From positions 1 through 56,139 of the forward strand of contig CAIRYW010000017.1 of assembly GCA_903882905.1 (NCBI GenBank): a stretch of 56,139 bases of DNA, read 5' to 3'. How positions within the stretch are numbered: the first letter of the stretch is position 1; each line of letters begins with the position of its first letter. A program made the position numbers and the translations under genes. Origin of the DNA: an uncultured bacterium (GTDB taxonomy: Bacteria; Patescibacteriota; Minisyncoccia; Phycocordibacterales; CAIRYW01). The notes under the pieces were generated by a model. The model searched no databases, had not been told where the DNA came from, and saw nothing but the letters and a program-made list of their open reading frames with translations. Below, one piece after another: positions 9,958 to 18,017 of the stretch.

Positions 9958-11196
9958 ATGTCATACCACCCACCAAAAAAAATATTAGAAAGATATGCCG
10001 ATGTATTAGTAAATTTTGCCTTAGGTGGAGGTAAAGGAGTCCAAAAAGGTGAAACAGTATATTTAACAGTCAATGAATATGCAAAACCTCTATATATAGA
10101 GCTTTACAAAGCAATTATAAAAGCTGGTGGTAATGTTATCCAAAACTATATCCCTGATGAATCAGAGCCATATAGTAAAGCAAATAGTAGCGTTAGCAGA
10201 CTTTTTTACGAGCTTTCAAGCGATGAACAATTGAAATATTTTCCAAGTAAATATTTAAAAGGCTTAATTGATGAAACTGATCATTCAATATATATATTGT
10301 CTGATACAAATAAACACATCCTCAAAGGCATCGATCCTAAAAAAATCATGATGCGCGGTGAAGCCTTTAAACCTTATATGGATTGGAGAACAGAAAAAGA
10401 AAATAGAGGAAAATTTACTTGGACTCTCGCACTTTACGGAACACCGGCAATGGCAAAGGAAGCTAGAATGCCTCTAAAAAAATATTGGGATGAAATAATC
10501 AAAGCTTGTTTCCTAGACAAAAAAGACCCAATCAAAGAATGGAAAAAAGTTTTTGCTATGGTAGAAAAAGCTCAAGATAAACTTAACGCACTGCCAATTG
10601 AAAAAATGCATGTTAAAGGACCAGATGTTGATCTTTGGGTTCATCTTGGACATAAAAGAAAATGGATGGGAGGGAGCGGAAGAAATATCCCTTCTTTTGA
10701 ACTTTTTACATCTCCCTATTGGCCAGGCACAAATGGTTGGATAAGATTTTCCGAACCGCTTTATCGATATGGAAATTTAATCACAGGAATAGAACTTTGG
10801 TTTAAAGACGGAAAAGTTGTGAAAGCCAAAGCAAAAAAGAACGAAAAAATTCTCAAAGAAATGATTGCCACAAAAAATGCAGATAAAGCTGGAGAATTTT
10901 CTTTGACAGATAAAAGATTTTCCCGCATTACAAAATTTATGGCCGAAACCCTCTTTGATGAAAATGTAGGTGGTCCAAATGGAAATACCCACATTGCCCT
11001 TGGAAATGCCTATCACGACTGCCTTGCTGATGACCCTTCAACCCTTACACCAGAAGACTGGGAAGAACTCGGCTTCAACTCATCATCTGTTCACACAGAT
11101 ATTGTCTCAACTACTCCCCGCACCGTCACAGCCTACCTTGAAAATGGAAAAGAAATGGTAATCTACAAAGATGGAAAGTTCACATTCTTGGACTAA
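9958..11196 (+). CDS. Aminopeptidase, M29 (AmpS/AmpT) family
   Basis: NIPSFELFTSP, LFDENVGG, HIALG, NSSSVHTD. Confidence 0.9.
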   Translation: MSYHPPKKILERYADVLVNFALGGGKGVQKGETVYLTVNEYAKPLYIELYKAIIKAGGNVIQNYIPDESEPYSKANSSVSRLFYELSSDEQLKYFPSKYLKGLIDETDHSIYILSDTNKHILKGIDPKKIMMRGEAFKPYMDWRTEKENRGKFTWTLALYGTPAMAKEARMPLKKYWDEIIKACFLDKKDPIKEWKKVFAMVEKAQDKLNALPIEKMHVKGPDVDLWVHLGHKRKWMGGSGRNIPSFELFTSPYWPGTNGWIRFSEPLYRYGNLITGIELWFKDGKVVKAKAKKNEKILKEMIATKNADKAGEFSLTDKRFSRITKFMAETLFDENVGGPNGNTHIALGNAYHDCLADDPSTLTPEDWEELGFNSSSVHTDIVSTTPRTVTAYLENGKEMVIYKDGKFTFLD

Positions 11197-11923
11197 ACTC
11201 CAAATTCAAAATCACACTGAAGCAACCAAAAAACTTGGTCAAATAAAGGACGAAGTGATTTTATTCATAAAATCAAACAAAAATATCTATGAAAAAGATG
11301 TTTTAGATTTTATAAAAAAATCTTACAAAAAACACGGACTAGTAAATGATAGTAAAAAGGAATTTGCCATTGTAGCTTTTGGAAAAAATACCAAAGAAGT
11401 TCACTATTTTCCCAAAAAACAGGGTCAGAAGCTAAAAGCGAACAGCTTGATTTTACTTGATATTTGGGCTCGTTTAGATAAGCGAAACTCCCCTTATGCA
11501 GATATGACATGGATGTTCTATTTTGGAAATAAAGTTCCAAGTCAAATTCAAGAAAAATGGAAGGTACTAGCAGATGCTAGAGATATTGCAATTGAATATA
11601 TAAAAAAAGAAATCAGAAAAGGAAAATTACCTAGAGGTCTTGATATAGACAGAATATCTCATGATGTTATTGGGAAGTCAGGATTTGGAGAAAATATAAA
11701 ACATACAATTGGTCACTCCCTTGGATTTGATCATCCACACGGAAAACTACCAGGTATAAATTGGCGAGAATACTCCCCTATTTTAAAAAATGTCGGGTAC
11801 ACTGTTGAGCCTGGAATGTATTTTAGTGATTTCGGAATGAGAACAGAAATAGATTTTTATATATCAGAAAAGAATGAAATCGTTGTAACAACTCCAATCC
11901 AGAGCAAAATTGACACACTTTAA
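11171..11923 (+). CDS. M24-family metallopeptidase (catalytic domain only)
   Basis: LLDIWA...YADMT, HTIGHSLG, TVEPGMY, GMRTE. Confidence 0.85.
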   Translation: MESSHSWTKLQIQNHTEATKKLGQIKDEVILFIKSNKNIYEKDVLDFIKKSYKKHGLVNDSKKEFAIVAFGKNTKEVHYFPKKQGQKLKANSLILLDIWARLDKRNSPYADMTWMFYFGNKVPSQIQEKWKVLADARDIAIEYIKKEIRKGKLPRGLDIDRISHDVIGKSGFGENIKHTIGHSLGFDHPHGKLPGINWREYSPILKNVGYTVEPGMYFSDFGMRTEIDFYISEKNEIVVTTPIQSKIDTL

Positions 11924-11938
11924 TTTTTAGTGTATTTT
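11910..11938 (+). promoter_or_regulatory. Sigma-70 promoter of the orphan gene at 11950
   Basis: TTGACA-N17-TATTTT, ATG 11 nt downstream. Confidence 0.55.
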
Positions 11939-11949
11939 CAATTCGGCTT

Positions 11950-12309
11950 ATGAAAATATTCTTCTCTGTTCTTGGTATCTGGCATGGACTGCTATGGGCA
12001 CTAATCTCTTCTGGAACGATCCAAATAATCGACGCAGTTCCAAAAATCGATGCGAACCCCTTTGTGAATTTGCCAAACACACTATTGCGGATTGTAGGAG
12101 TCTTCGTAATTTTGTCTGCGGCATTTTTTGTGACGAAAGCGGTTGCAATAGGGATAACAGTACTATCCTTCACAAAAACATCCCTTGAGGATCACCGTAG
12201 AGGTCTGGAAGACCCAAAATGCATCACTTGTTACAAATGGTGTGGAGGCTTAGCAGGCTTACTGACATCAGGTCTATGGATATTGATGTACTTTTCATTT
12301 TCAAAATGA
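11950..12309 (+). CDS. Orphan membrane protein (about 3 TM, CxxCxxxC)
   Basis: 119 aa, richer in GC than its neighbours, own promoter and terminator. Confidence 0.6.
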   Translation: MKIFFSVLGIWHGLLWALISSGTIQIIDAVPKIDANPFVNLPNTLLRIVGVFVILSAAFFVTKAVAIGITVLSFTKTSLEDHRRGLEDPKCITCYKWCGGLAGLLTSGLWILMYFSFSK

Positions 12310-12319
12310 ATCGATACCC

Positions 12320-12342
12320 AAGCGCGAACAGCGCTTTTTTTT
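12320..12342 (+). terminator. Intrinsic terminator
   Basis: aagcgc-gaaca-gcgctt followed by a T-run. Confidence 0.65.
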
Positions 12343-12351
12343 ATAATTTTT

Positions 12352-13335
12352 TTACTTATCCCAACTAAAACCGTTTCCAAAGTGTCCGTATTTTGCAGTC
12401 TCACGAAATTGTGGGTCACGAAGTTTTAGAAATTCTATAATTGCTTTTGGTTTCAAATCATATCCTTTTATTTCTTCCTGTACTCCGTCAATATCTGCAA
12501 CTGCCATAAGTGGTTCAGCAACCCCAATAGCATATGCAAGATGTACGAATACTTCCTTCGCATTTCTTGCTTTCAAATAATCAACAGCAATTCTACGTGC
12601 CATATATGCAGCACTTCTATCTACTTTTGTGGCATCCTTTCCAGAAAAGCAACCGCCCCCAACAGGAATATTTGGTCCATAATTATCTACTGCAAGTTTT
12701 CTCCCTGTAAGTCCTGTGTCTGCTGCAAATCCTCCGATTGTCCAAACTCCGTTTGGGTTTTGCATCCAAACTTTTTGTAATTCTTCCCATGCACCATCAA
12801 AGTGCGGCAAGACTTTTGCTTTCATTACTTCTTCAAGTTTTACATCAGACATATCTCCGCTTGTACAAAGTGATGTCAAAACTTTTACAACTTTTCCATT
12901 ATTTACTGTGACCTGACTTTTACCATCGTGTCTTCCCATAGCTTTTGCAAGCTCACGAGAAAGCACAACCTCAAGCGGAAGAAATTCTAGAGTTTCATTG
13001 CACGCATATCCCACCATTATTCCTTGGTCGCCCGCTCCCTCTTGATCAACACCTGCTCCAATCTCAGGACTCTGCTCCACCACGTTTACATTCACTCCAA
13101 TATTTTCATCATACCCACAATCTTTGTAAACTTCCTGAGCAATTTTTCTCATGTTTACATAACCTGAAGTAGTAAGTTCACCTGTAATAGAAATAATACC
13201 GTGGCCTCCCATAGTTTCTATTGCTACACGAGATTTTGGATCTTGTGCAAGACATGCATCCAAAATTGCATCTGATATTTGATCACAGACTTTATCTGGA
13301 TGACCGACTGAGACACTTTCTGCTGTTTTTAACAT
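12352..13335 (-). CDS. metK: S-adenosylmethionine synthetase (compact, about 327 aa)
   Basis: ESVSVGHPDKVCDQISD, GAGDQG, GGGCFSGKDATKVDRS; start MLKTAES at 13335. Confidence 0.95.
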   Translation of the reverse strand: MLKTAESVSVGHPDKVCDQISDAILDACLAQDPKSRVAIETMGGHGIISITGELTTSGYVNMRKIAQEVYKDCGYDENIGVNVNVVEQSPEIGAGVDQEGAGDQGIMVGYACNETLEFLPLEVVLSRELAKAMGRHDGKSQVTVNNGKVVKVLTSLCTSGDMSDVKLEEVMKAKVLPHFDGAWEELQKVWMQNPNGVWTIGGFAADTGLTGRKLAVDNYGPNIPVGGGCFSGKDATKVDRSAAYMARRIAVDYLKARNAKEVFVHLAYAIGVAEPLMAVADIDGVQEEIKGYDLKPKAIIEFLKLRDPQFRETAKYGHFGNGFSWDK

Positions 13336-13390
13336 ATTTTTATAAACAATTAGTCCGCAACTAGCGGACCCCAAGATTAGAATATGACTA

Positions 13391-13482
13391 TTATCTTCCC
13401 TTGAGGGTTGGATTTGGCACCTTTTCTTTCGATGGTTGCCGGACAGATCACAAAGCCAATTCTTTCCCTGTCCTCTTGATAA
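13391..13482 (-). ncRNA. SAM-I riboswitch aptamer upstream of metK
   Basis: Minus strand TTATCAAGAG-gacag...ctgtc-CGGCAACC...GGTGCCAAATCC...GAAGATAA; P1 ttatc/gataa, pseudoknot ttggc/gccaa; downstream hairpin 13353-13369. Confidence 0.9.
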
Positions 13483-13513
13483 CTATTAAGTTGTGATAAT
13501 ATCTTAGCATTGT

Positions 13514-13936
13514 ATGAAAAAAACTCAAGAAAAAAAAGTATTAGTTTTTGGGACTTTCGACCATATTCATCCTGGACATATCTATTTTCTAAATGAAGCT
13601 AAAAAACTTGGAAATTTAACTATATCTGTTGCTTCTGACGAAAGCGTCTCTTCAAGAAAAAAAATAAAACCCTTAAAAAGTACTTCATCAAGAATCAAAG
13701 ATCTAAAAAGCCTAAAAATCTCAAACGAAATAATTTCTGGTGATAAAAAATTAGGCAACTGGTCAACACTTAAAAAAATAAATCCGGATATAGTTGCAAT
13801 CGGCTACGACCAAAAAGAACTAGAAATTGCTCTGAAAGACCTAAAGAAAAAAAATAATTTTAAATTTACAATCAAAAAAATCTCCGCAAAAAATCCAGAA
13901 AAATACCATTCAAGTATTATAAAAATCAAAAAATAA
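13514..13936 (+). CDS. Cytidylyltransferase-family nucleotidyltransferase (RibL/TagD-like)
   Basis: FGTFDHIHPGH (HxGH), PDIVAIGYDQ, HSS. Confidence 0.82.
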   Translation: MKKTQEKKVLVFGTFDHIHPGHIYFLNEAKKLGNLTISVASDESVSSRKKIKPLKSTSSRIKDLKSLKISNEIISGDKKLGNWSTLKKINPDIVAIGYDQKELEIALKDLKKKNNFKFTIKKISAKNPEKYHSSIIKIKK

Positions 13937-13945
13937 TTTTTAAAC

Positions 13946-14545
13946 ATGCAATACCTTGATCCCATTTTTTTAATCAATACGTTAGGGCTAGTTGGAATTC
14001 TCTCAATAATTTTTGCTGAATCAGGATTGTTTTTTGGTTTCTTTCTTCCTGGGGATTCATTAATTTTTACTGCGGGTTTACTTGCCTCTCAAAATTATTT
14101 AAATATTTGGATACTCGTGTTACTTGGATCAATTTGCGCAATCCTCGGAGACAGTGTTGGATATGCTTTTGGTAAAAAAATTGGACCAAGAATTTTCACA
14201 AAGGAGGATTCCTTTTTCTTTAACAAAAGTCATATTACCCGTTCACAGATTTTTTTTGAAAAATACGGAAAAAAAGCTCTGATCCTGGCAAGATTTGTAC
14301 CAATCATTCGTACATTTACTCCTATTATTGCTGGTGTTGGAAAAATGCCCTACAAATCATTCATTACTTACAACATTATTGGTGGTGTAAGTTGGGTCAC
14401 ATTAATGTCAGGTCTTGGTTACTTTTTTGGAAAGATTATTCCAAATCCAGATAAATATAGTTTACCTGTGGTGATACTGATTATTGTCATATCAGTCATC
14501 CCTAGTATTATCGAATTTCTTAGAAATAACCGAAGCTCCCAGTAG
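13946..14545 (+). CDS. DedA-family membrane protein
   Basis: FAESGLFFGFFLPGDSL, LARFVPIIRTF. Confidence 0.92.
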   Translation: MQYLDPIFLINTLGLVGILSIIFAESGLFFGFFLPGDSLIFTAGLLASQNYLNIWILVLLGSICAILGDSVGYAFGKKIGPRIFTKEDSFFFNKSHITRSQIFFEKYGKKALILARFVPIIRTFTPIIAGVGKMPYKSFITYNIIGGVSWVTLMSGLGYFFGKIIPNPDKYSLPVVILIIVISVIPSIIEFLRNNRSSQ

Positions 14546-14566
14546 GACCGACCTACCCCACTTTAC

Positions 14567-14622
14567 ACCACAAGGGTACTTCTTATTTTCTAATTCCTTT
14601 TAGTCATAAGAAAACAAAGTCG
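14567..14622 (+). repeat. Dispersed intergenic repeat, copy A (inverted relative to 44650-44690)
   Basis: accacaagggtacttct (14567-14583) is the exact reverse complement of 44674-44690; both copies also share a hairpin and an agtcg end. Confidence 0.75.
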
Positions 14623-14731
14623 TCCACAGGTGCCGACAATTAATTTTTATATAAGAAATCCTTGCTATAAAGAGAGAAAAATGTTTTAATTGTGATACGG
14701 CTTGAGGCCGTTTTTTGTTTAAATAAATAAC

Positions 14732-16528
14732 ATGGAAATCAGAAATATAGCTATAATCGCTCACGTAGACCACGGAAAGACCACTCTAACAGACGCTTTG
14801 ATGCGCCAGACTGGAATGATCACAACCGATGTATCAATGGACTCAAACGCCCTAGAAAAGGAGCGTGGTATTACTATTTATGCAAAAAATACATCTATTT
14901 TTTATAAAGACACAAAAATCAACATCGTAGATACACCGGGCCACGCCGACTTCGGTAGCGAAGTAGAGCGCGTCTTGCGTTCAATCGACTCAGTTCTTTT
15001 AGTTGTTGACGCACAAGAAGGCCCAATGCCACAAACACGTTTTGTACTAAAAAAATCTTTAGAGCTTGGACTTAAGCCAATTGTTATTTTAAACAAAATT
15101 GATAAACCTGCTGCAGACCCAAAAAGAGTTCATGATGAAGTTCTTGAACTTTTTATTGATCTCGGAGCAAACGATGAACAATTAAACTTCCCTATGGTCT
15201 ACGCTATCGGCCGAGAAGGAATCGCAAAGAAAAATCTTAGCGATGAAAGCGACAATTTAAATCCAATTCTCGATACAGTTCTCGAGCACGTACAACCAGC
15301 AAATACAAAAGATGACATCCCTCTTAAAGCTCAACCTTTTAATCTTGCGTATGACAATTTTCTTGGACGTATGGCAGTCTGCAGAATTTATGAAGGAACA
15401 ATTACGGATGGAGAAACTGTTGTTGTAAAAAAAGTAAACGGCGAGACAAAAAGTTATCGCCTAACAAAACTTTATACATTTGAAGGAATTGTAAAGAAAG
15501 AAGTTAAACAAGCTCACTCTGGAGATATTGTAATGATTGCAGGAATTCCCGATATTTATATTGGAGATACAATTTGTCACGATGCCACACAGGAAGCACT
15601 TCCTGCTATCAATGTTGATGAGCCAACTATTTCTCTTGAATTTTTTGTTAACGATTCCCCTTTTGCAGGAAAAGAAGGAAAATTTGTAACAACTCGTCAG
15701 ATTAGAGATAGACTGGAAAAAGAATTAGAAGTAAACATTGGACTTAAAGTTGATTTTTCAGAATCAGATAGATTTAGAGTGCACGGCAGAGGAGAACTTC
15801 ATATTGCAATTTTACTTGAATATATGCGTAGAGAAGGTTTTGAACTTTCTGTTTCTCAACCACATGTAATTATCAAAGAAGAAAATGGTAAAAAATTAGA
15901 GCCGTACGAAGAAGTAACAATTGATACTCCGGAAGAATACAGTGGGGCTGTTATTGAGAAACTCGGAAAACGAAAAGGTATTATGCACAACATGAAACAA
16001 GAAGGTTCTCAGGTACGAATCATTTTTGAAATTCCAACACGTGGTCTTTTAGGTTATAAAAATCAATTTGTTATTGATACTAGAGGTGAAGGAATTATTT
16101 GCTCACGTTTTATTGGTTTCCAAGAATACGTAGGTGTTATTGAAAAAAGAGAGACTGGCTCTATGGTTTCTATGGAAGCAGGAAAAGCTCTGGCCTTTGC
16201 ACTGGATAACCTACAACAAAGAGGAGTTCTATACATTGGGGCTGGAACAGAAATTTATGTTGGACAAGTTATAGGAGACACATCAAAAGGTGAAGATATT
16301 GATGTAAACCCAACAAAAGGAAAACAACTTACAAACATGCGAGCCTCAGGATCTGATGGAACAACTTACCTCACACCTCACCAAGAAGTTGATATCGAAA
16401 AAGGCCTTGAAATTATGCACGATGATGAACTACTTGAGATCACACCAAAATCTGTCCGCCTACGAAAAAGATACCTAACAAAAATAGATCGCGACCGCGC
16501 CGGCCGAAGAGCTAGAGGTTTGGAATAA
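14732..16528 (+). CDS. typA: Translational GTPase TypA/BipA
   Basis: [51 protein letters not shown]. Confidence 0.97.
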   Translation: MEIRNIAIIAHVDHGKTTLTDALMRQTGMITTDVSMDSNALEKERGITIYAKNTSIFYKDTKINIVDTPGHADFGSEVERVLRSIDSVLLVVDAQEGPMPQTRFVLKKSLELGLKPIVILNKIDKPAADPKRVHDEVLELFIDLGANDEQLNFPMVYAIGREGIAKKNLSDESDNLNPILDTVLEHVQPANTKDDIPLKAQPFNLAYDNFLGRMAVCRIYEGTITDGETVVVKKVNGETKSYRLTKLYTFEGIVKKEVKQAHSGDIVMIAGIPDIYIGDTICHDATQEALPAINVDEPTISLEFFVNDSPFAGKEGKFVTTRQIRDRLEKELEVNIGLKVDFSESDRFRVHGRGELHIAILLEYMRREGFELSVSQPHVIIKEENGKKLEPYEEVTIDTPEEYSGAVIEKLGKRKGIMHNMKQEGSQVRIIFEIPTRGLLGYKNQFVIDTRGEGIICSRFIGFQEYVGVIEKRETGSMVSMEAGKALAFALDNLQQRGVLYIGAGTEIYVGQVIGDTSKGEDIDVNPTKGKQLTNMRASGSDGTTYLTPHQEVDIEKGLEIMHDDELLEITPKSVRLRKRYLTKIDRDRAGRRARGLE

Positions 16529-16538
16529 TGATTTGAAA

Positions 16539-16937
16539 CTAAAATAAATATTTATATTTAGGATAATGTTCTTTTATCATTTCCTTCCATTGTGTTGTTT
16601 CATTTTTACTACTTAAATCAGTTTTACCGTATACAAGCAATATACAGACTTGATTAGTATTTTTATTTATAGCTACGATACATCTATTACCCGAACTATG
16701 ACGAGATTCTTGAGTGCTAGAAATTTTAAATTCCGTTTTACAAACCACAATGTCTGCATTTTTGTCAGTAATGTACTCTGCAATTTTTTTTAAAAACAGA
16801 ATATCAATTTTTTCAAACTCCTCAATTATAGTTCTTAAAGTAAAATCCCATGCTCCTTTATATTTCTTTTCAAAAGATTTAATAAAATGCCTTTCTGCAA
16901 AAGGTTCAACAATGACTTCATACTTAATAGACTTCAT
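16539..16937 (-). CDS. Putative RelE/HigB-like toxin
   Basis: 132 aa, overlaps the antitoxin stop; SSGNRCIV...ILLVYGKTD resembles the RelE/HigB GxR...LLxYxK pattern. Confidence 0.55.
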   Translation of the reverse strand: MKSIKYEVIVEPFAERHFIKSFEKKYKGAWDFTLRTIIEEFEKIDILFLKKIAEYITDKNADIVVCKTEFKISSTQESRHSSGNRCIVAINKNTNQVCILLVYGKTDLSSKNETTQWKEMIKEHYPKYKYLF

Positions 16938-17616
16938 GAGGATCTTCTTGAGTTATGAGTGCATAGGAAACAATTTCTTCATCATCAGCCATTAAATATG
17001 GCAACTGGTTATGAGTAAAGTTTACAATTTCTTGGGTTTTTTTATCTTTCCATTTATGAGCAATTTTCTTCATTAAAGCTTCTTCTTCAGAAGAGAGTGT
17101 CTGTATTTTTTCATTCTTATTACTTTCAGATTCACTAATAAGAAACATATCTTTCCCGTCATCATTTTTTCTTTCAATATTTATTTTTCCGTCTTCTTCA
17201 AGTTCATCTAGTGCTCGAAAAAAAGTATCAGGTACTGGACCGTAAGTAATCTTTCGATATTGCATTCCACTCATACTTTCAAGATGATCGTAGAACCAAG
17301 CAAAATCTGCTAAATAAAGTAATTTAGCAAGTTTTGTTTTTGTTATCTTTCCATCTTTTGAAATATTCATACGCAAATATTTCAAAATCATGTGTTTATA
17401 CTTTTCAATATTTGCAATACTACCAGATAAAAGTTCATCAATACCAATACCAAAAAGCTTTGTGAACTTTTGTGCTTCATCTAAATCAAGTTTTTGCTTC
17501 CCTGCCTCGATTGCAGTGTAAGTTGGACGTGAGACTCCTATAGCCTTTGCAACTTGTTCTTGACTTAATTTTTTTTGAATGCGTAACTCTTTTATTTTTT
17601 CTATATAATTGTTCAT
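16924..17616 (-). CDS. XRE HTH plus Panacea (DUF4065/GepA-like) antitoxin
   Basis: HTH LSQEQVAKAIGVSRPTYTAIEAG; KLAKLLYLADF...YGPVP...FTH; start MNNYIEK at 17616. Confidence 0.85.
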   Translation of the reverse strand: MNNYIEKIKELRIQKKLSQEQVAKAIGVSRPTYTAIEAGKQKLDLDEAQKFTKLFGIGIDELLSGSIANIEKYKHMILKYLRMNISKDGKITKTKLAKLLYLADFAWFYDHLESMSGMQYRKITYGPVPDTFFRALDELEEDGKINIERKNDDGKDMFLISESESNKNEKIQTLSSEEEALMKKIAHKWKDKKTQEIVNFTHNQLPYLMADDEEIVSYALITQEDPHEVY

Positions 17617-17652
17617 ATGAACAATTATATAGAAAACCTGTAAAGAAGTCAA
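17597..17652 (-). promoter_or_regulatory. Sigma-70 promoter of the TA operon overlapping a perfect 40-bp palindrome
   Basis: TTGACT(17652-47)-N17-TATAAT(17629-24)-N7-ATG; palindrome 17597-17636. Confidence 0.8.
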
Positions 17653-17670
17653 ACAAATTTAGTCGAATTA

Positions 17671-17698
17671 TTGACATATACAATGTATACCATAAAAT
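17671..17698 (+). promoter_or_regulatory. Divergent sigma-70 promoter for the small ORF at 17744
   Basis: TTGACA-N16-TAAAAT; near-palindrome tatacaatgtata in the spacer; flanked by the direct repeat ttagtcgaa (17659, 17711). Confidence 0.6.
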
Positions 17699-17743
17699 AA
17701 ATACATAGGATTAGTCGAACCTAAATAAATTGAATAAAAAAAC

Positions 17744-17890
17744 ATGACCAGAAATGTAATTAGAACAAGCAAACGAATTGCTTCGGCAGCGTCTAGAGCT
17801 TTGCAAAATGCTAAAAATGGTAAAACTGTTAAGTCTATAGCAGGCGATGCTTTAGTAAACAGAAAGAGTAATTCAAAGAAAAGAGGTTAA
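17744..17890 (+). CDS. Small basic protein, 48 aa (missing from the ORF track)
   Basis: MTRNVIRTSKRIASAASRALQNAKNGKTVKSIAGDALVNRKSNSKKRG; promoter upstream and terminator downstream. Confidence 0.65.
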   Translation: MTRNVIRTSKRIASAASRALQNAKNGKTVKSIAGDALVNRKSNSKKRG

Positions 17891-17987
17891 TTGAGCAAAT
17901 GTAGTGGCTTATAGAGAACCTGCGGAGAAAGAGAACAGATTGAGTCAAGACTATTCACCCACGGTGCTAGAAAAGTACACCTCGCTT

Positions 17988-18017
17988 ATAAAAATACCGC
18001 TTGCGCGGTATTTTTAT
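17988..18017. terminator. Bidirectional intrinsic terminator
   Basis: ataaaaataccgc-ttgc-gcggtatttttat between convergent genes. Confidence 0.8.
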
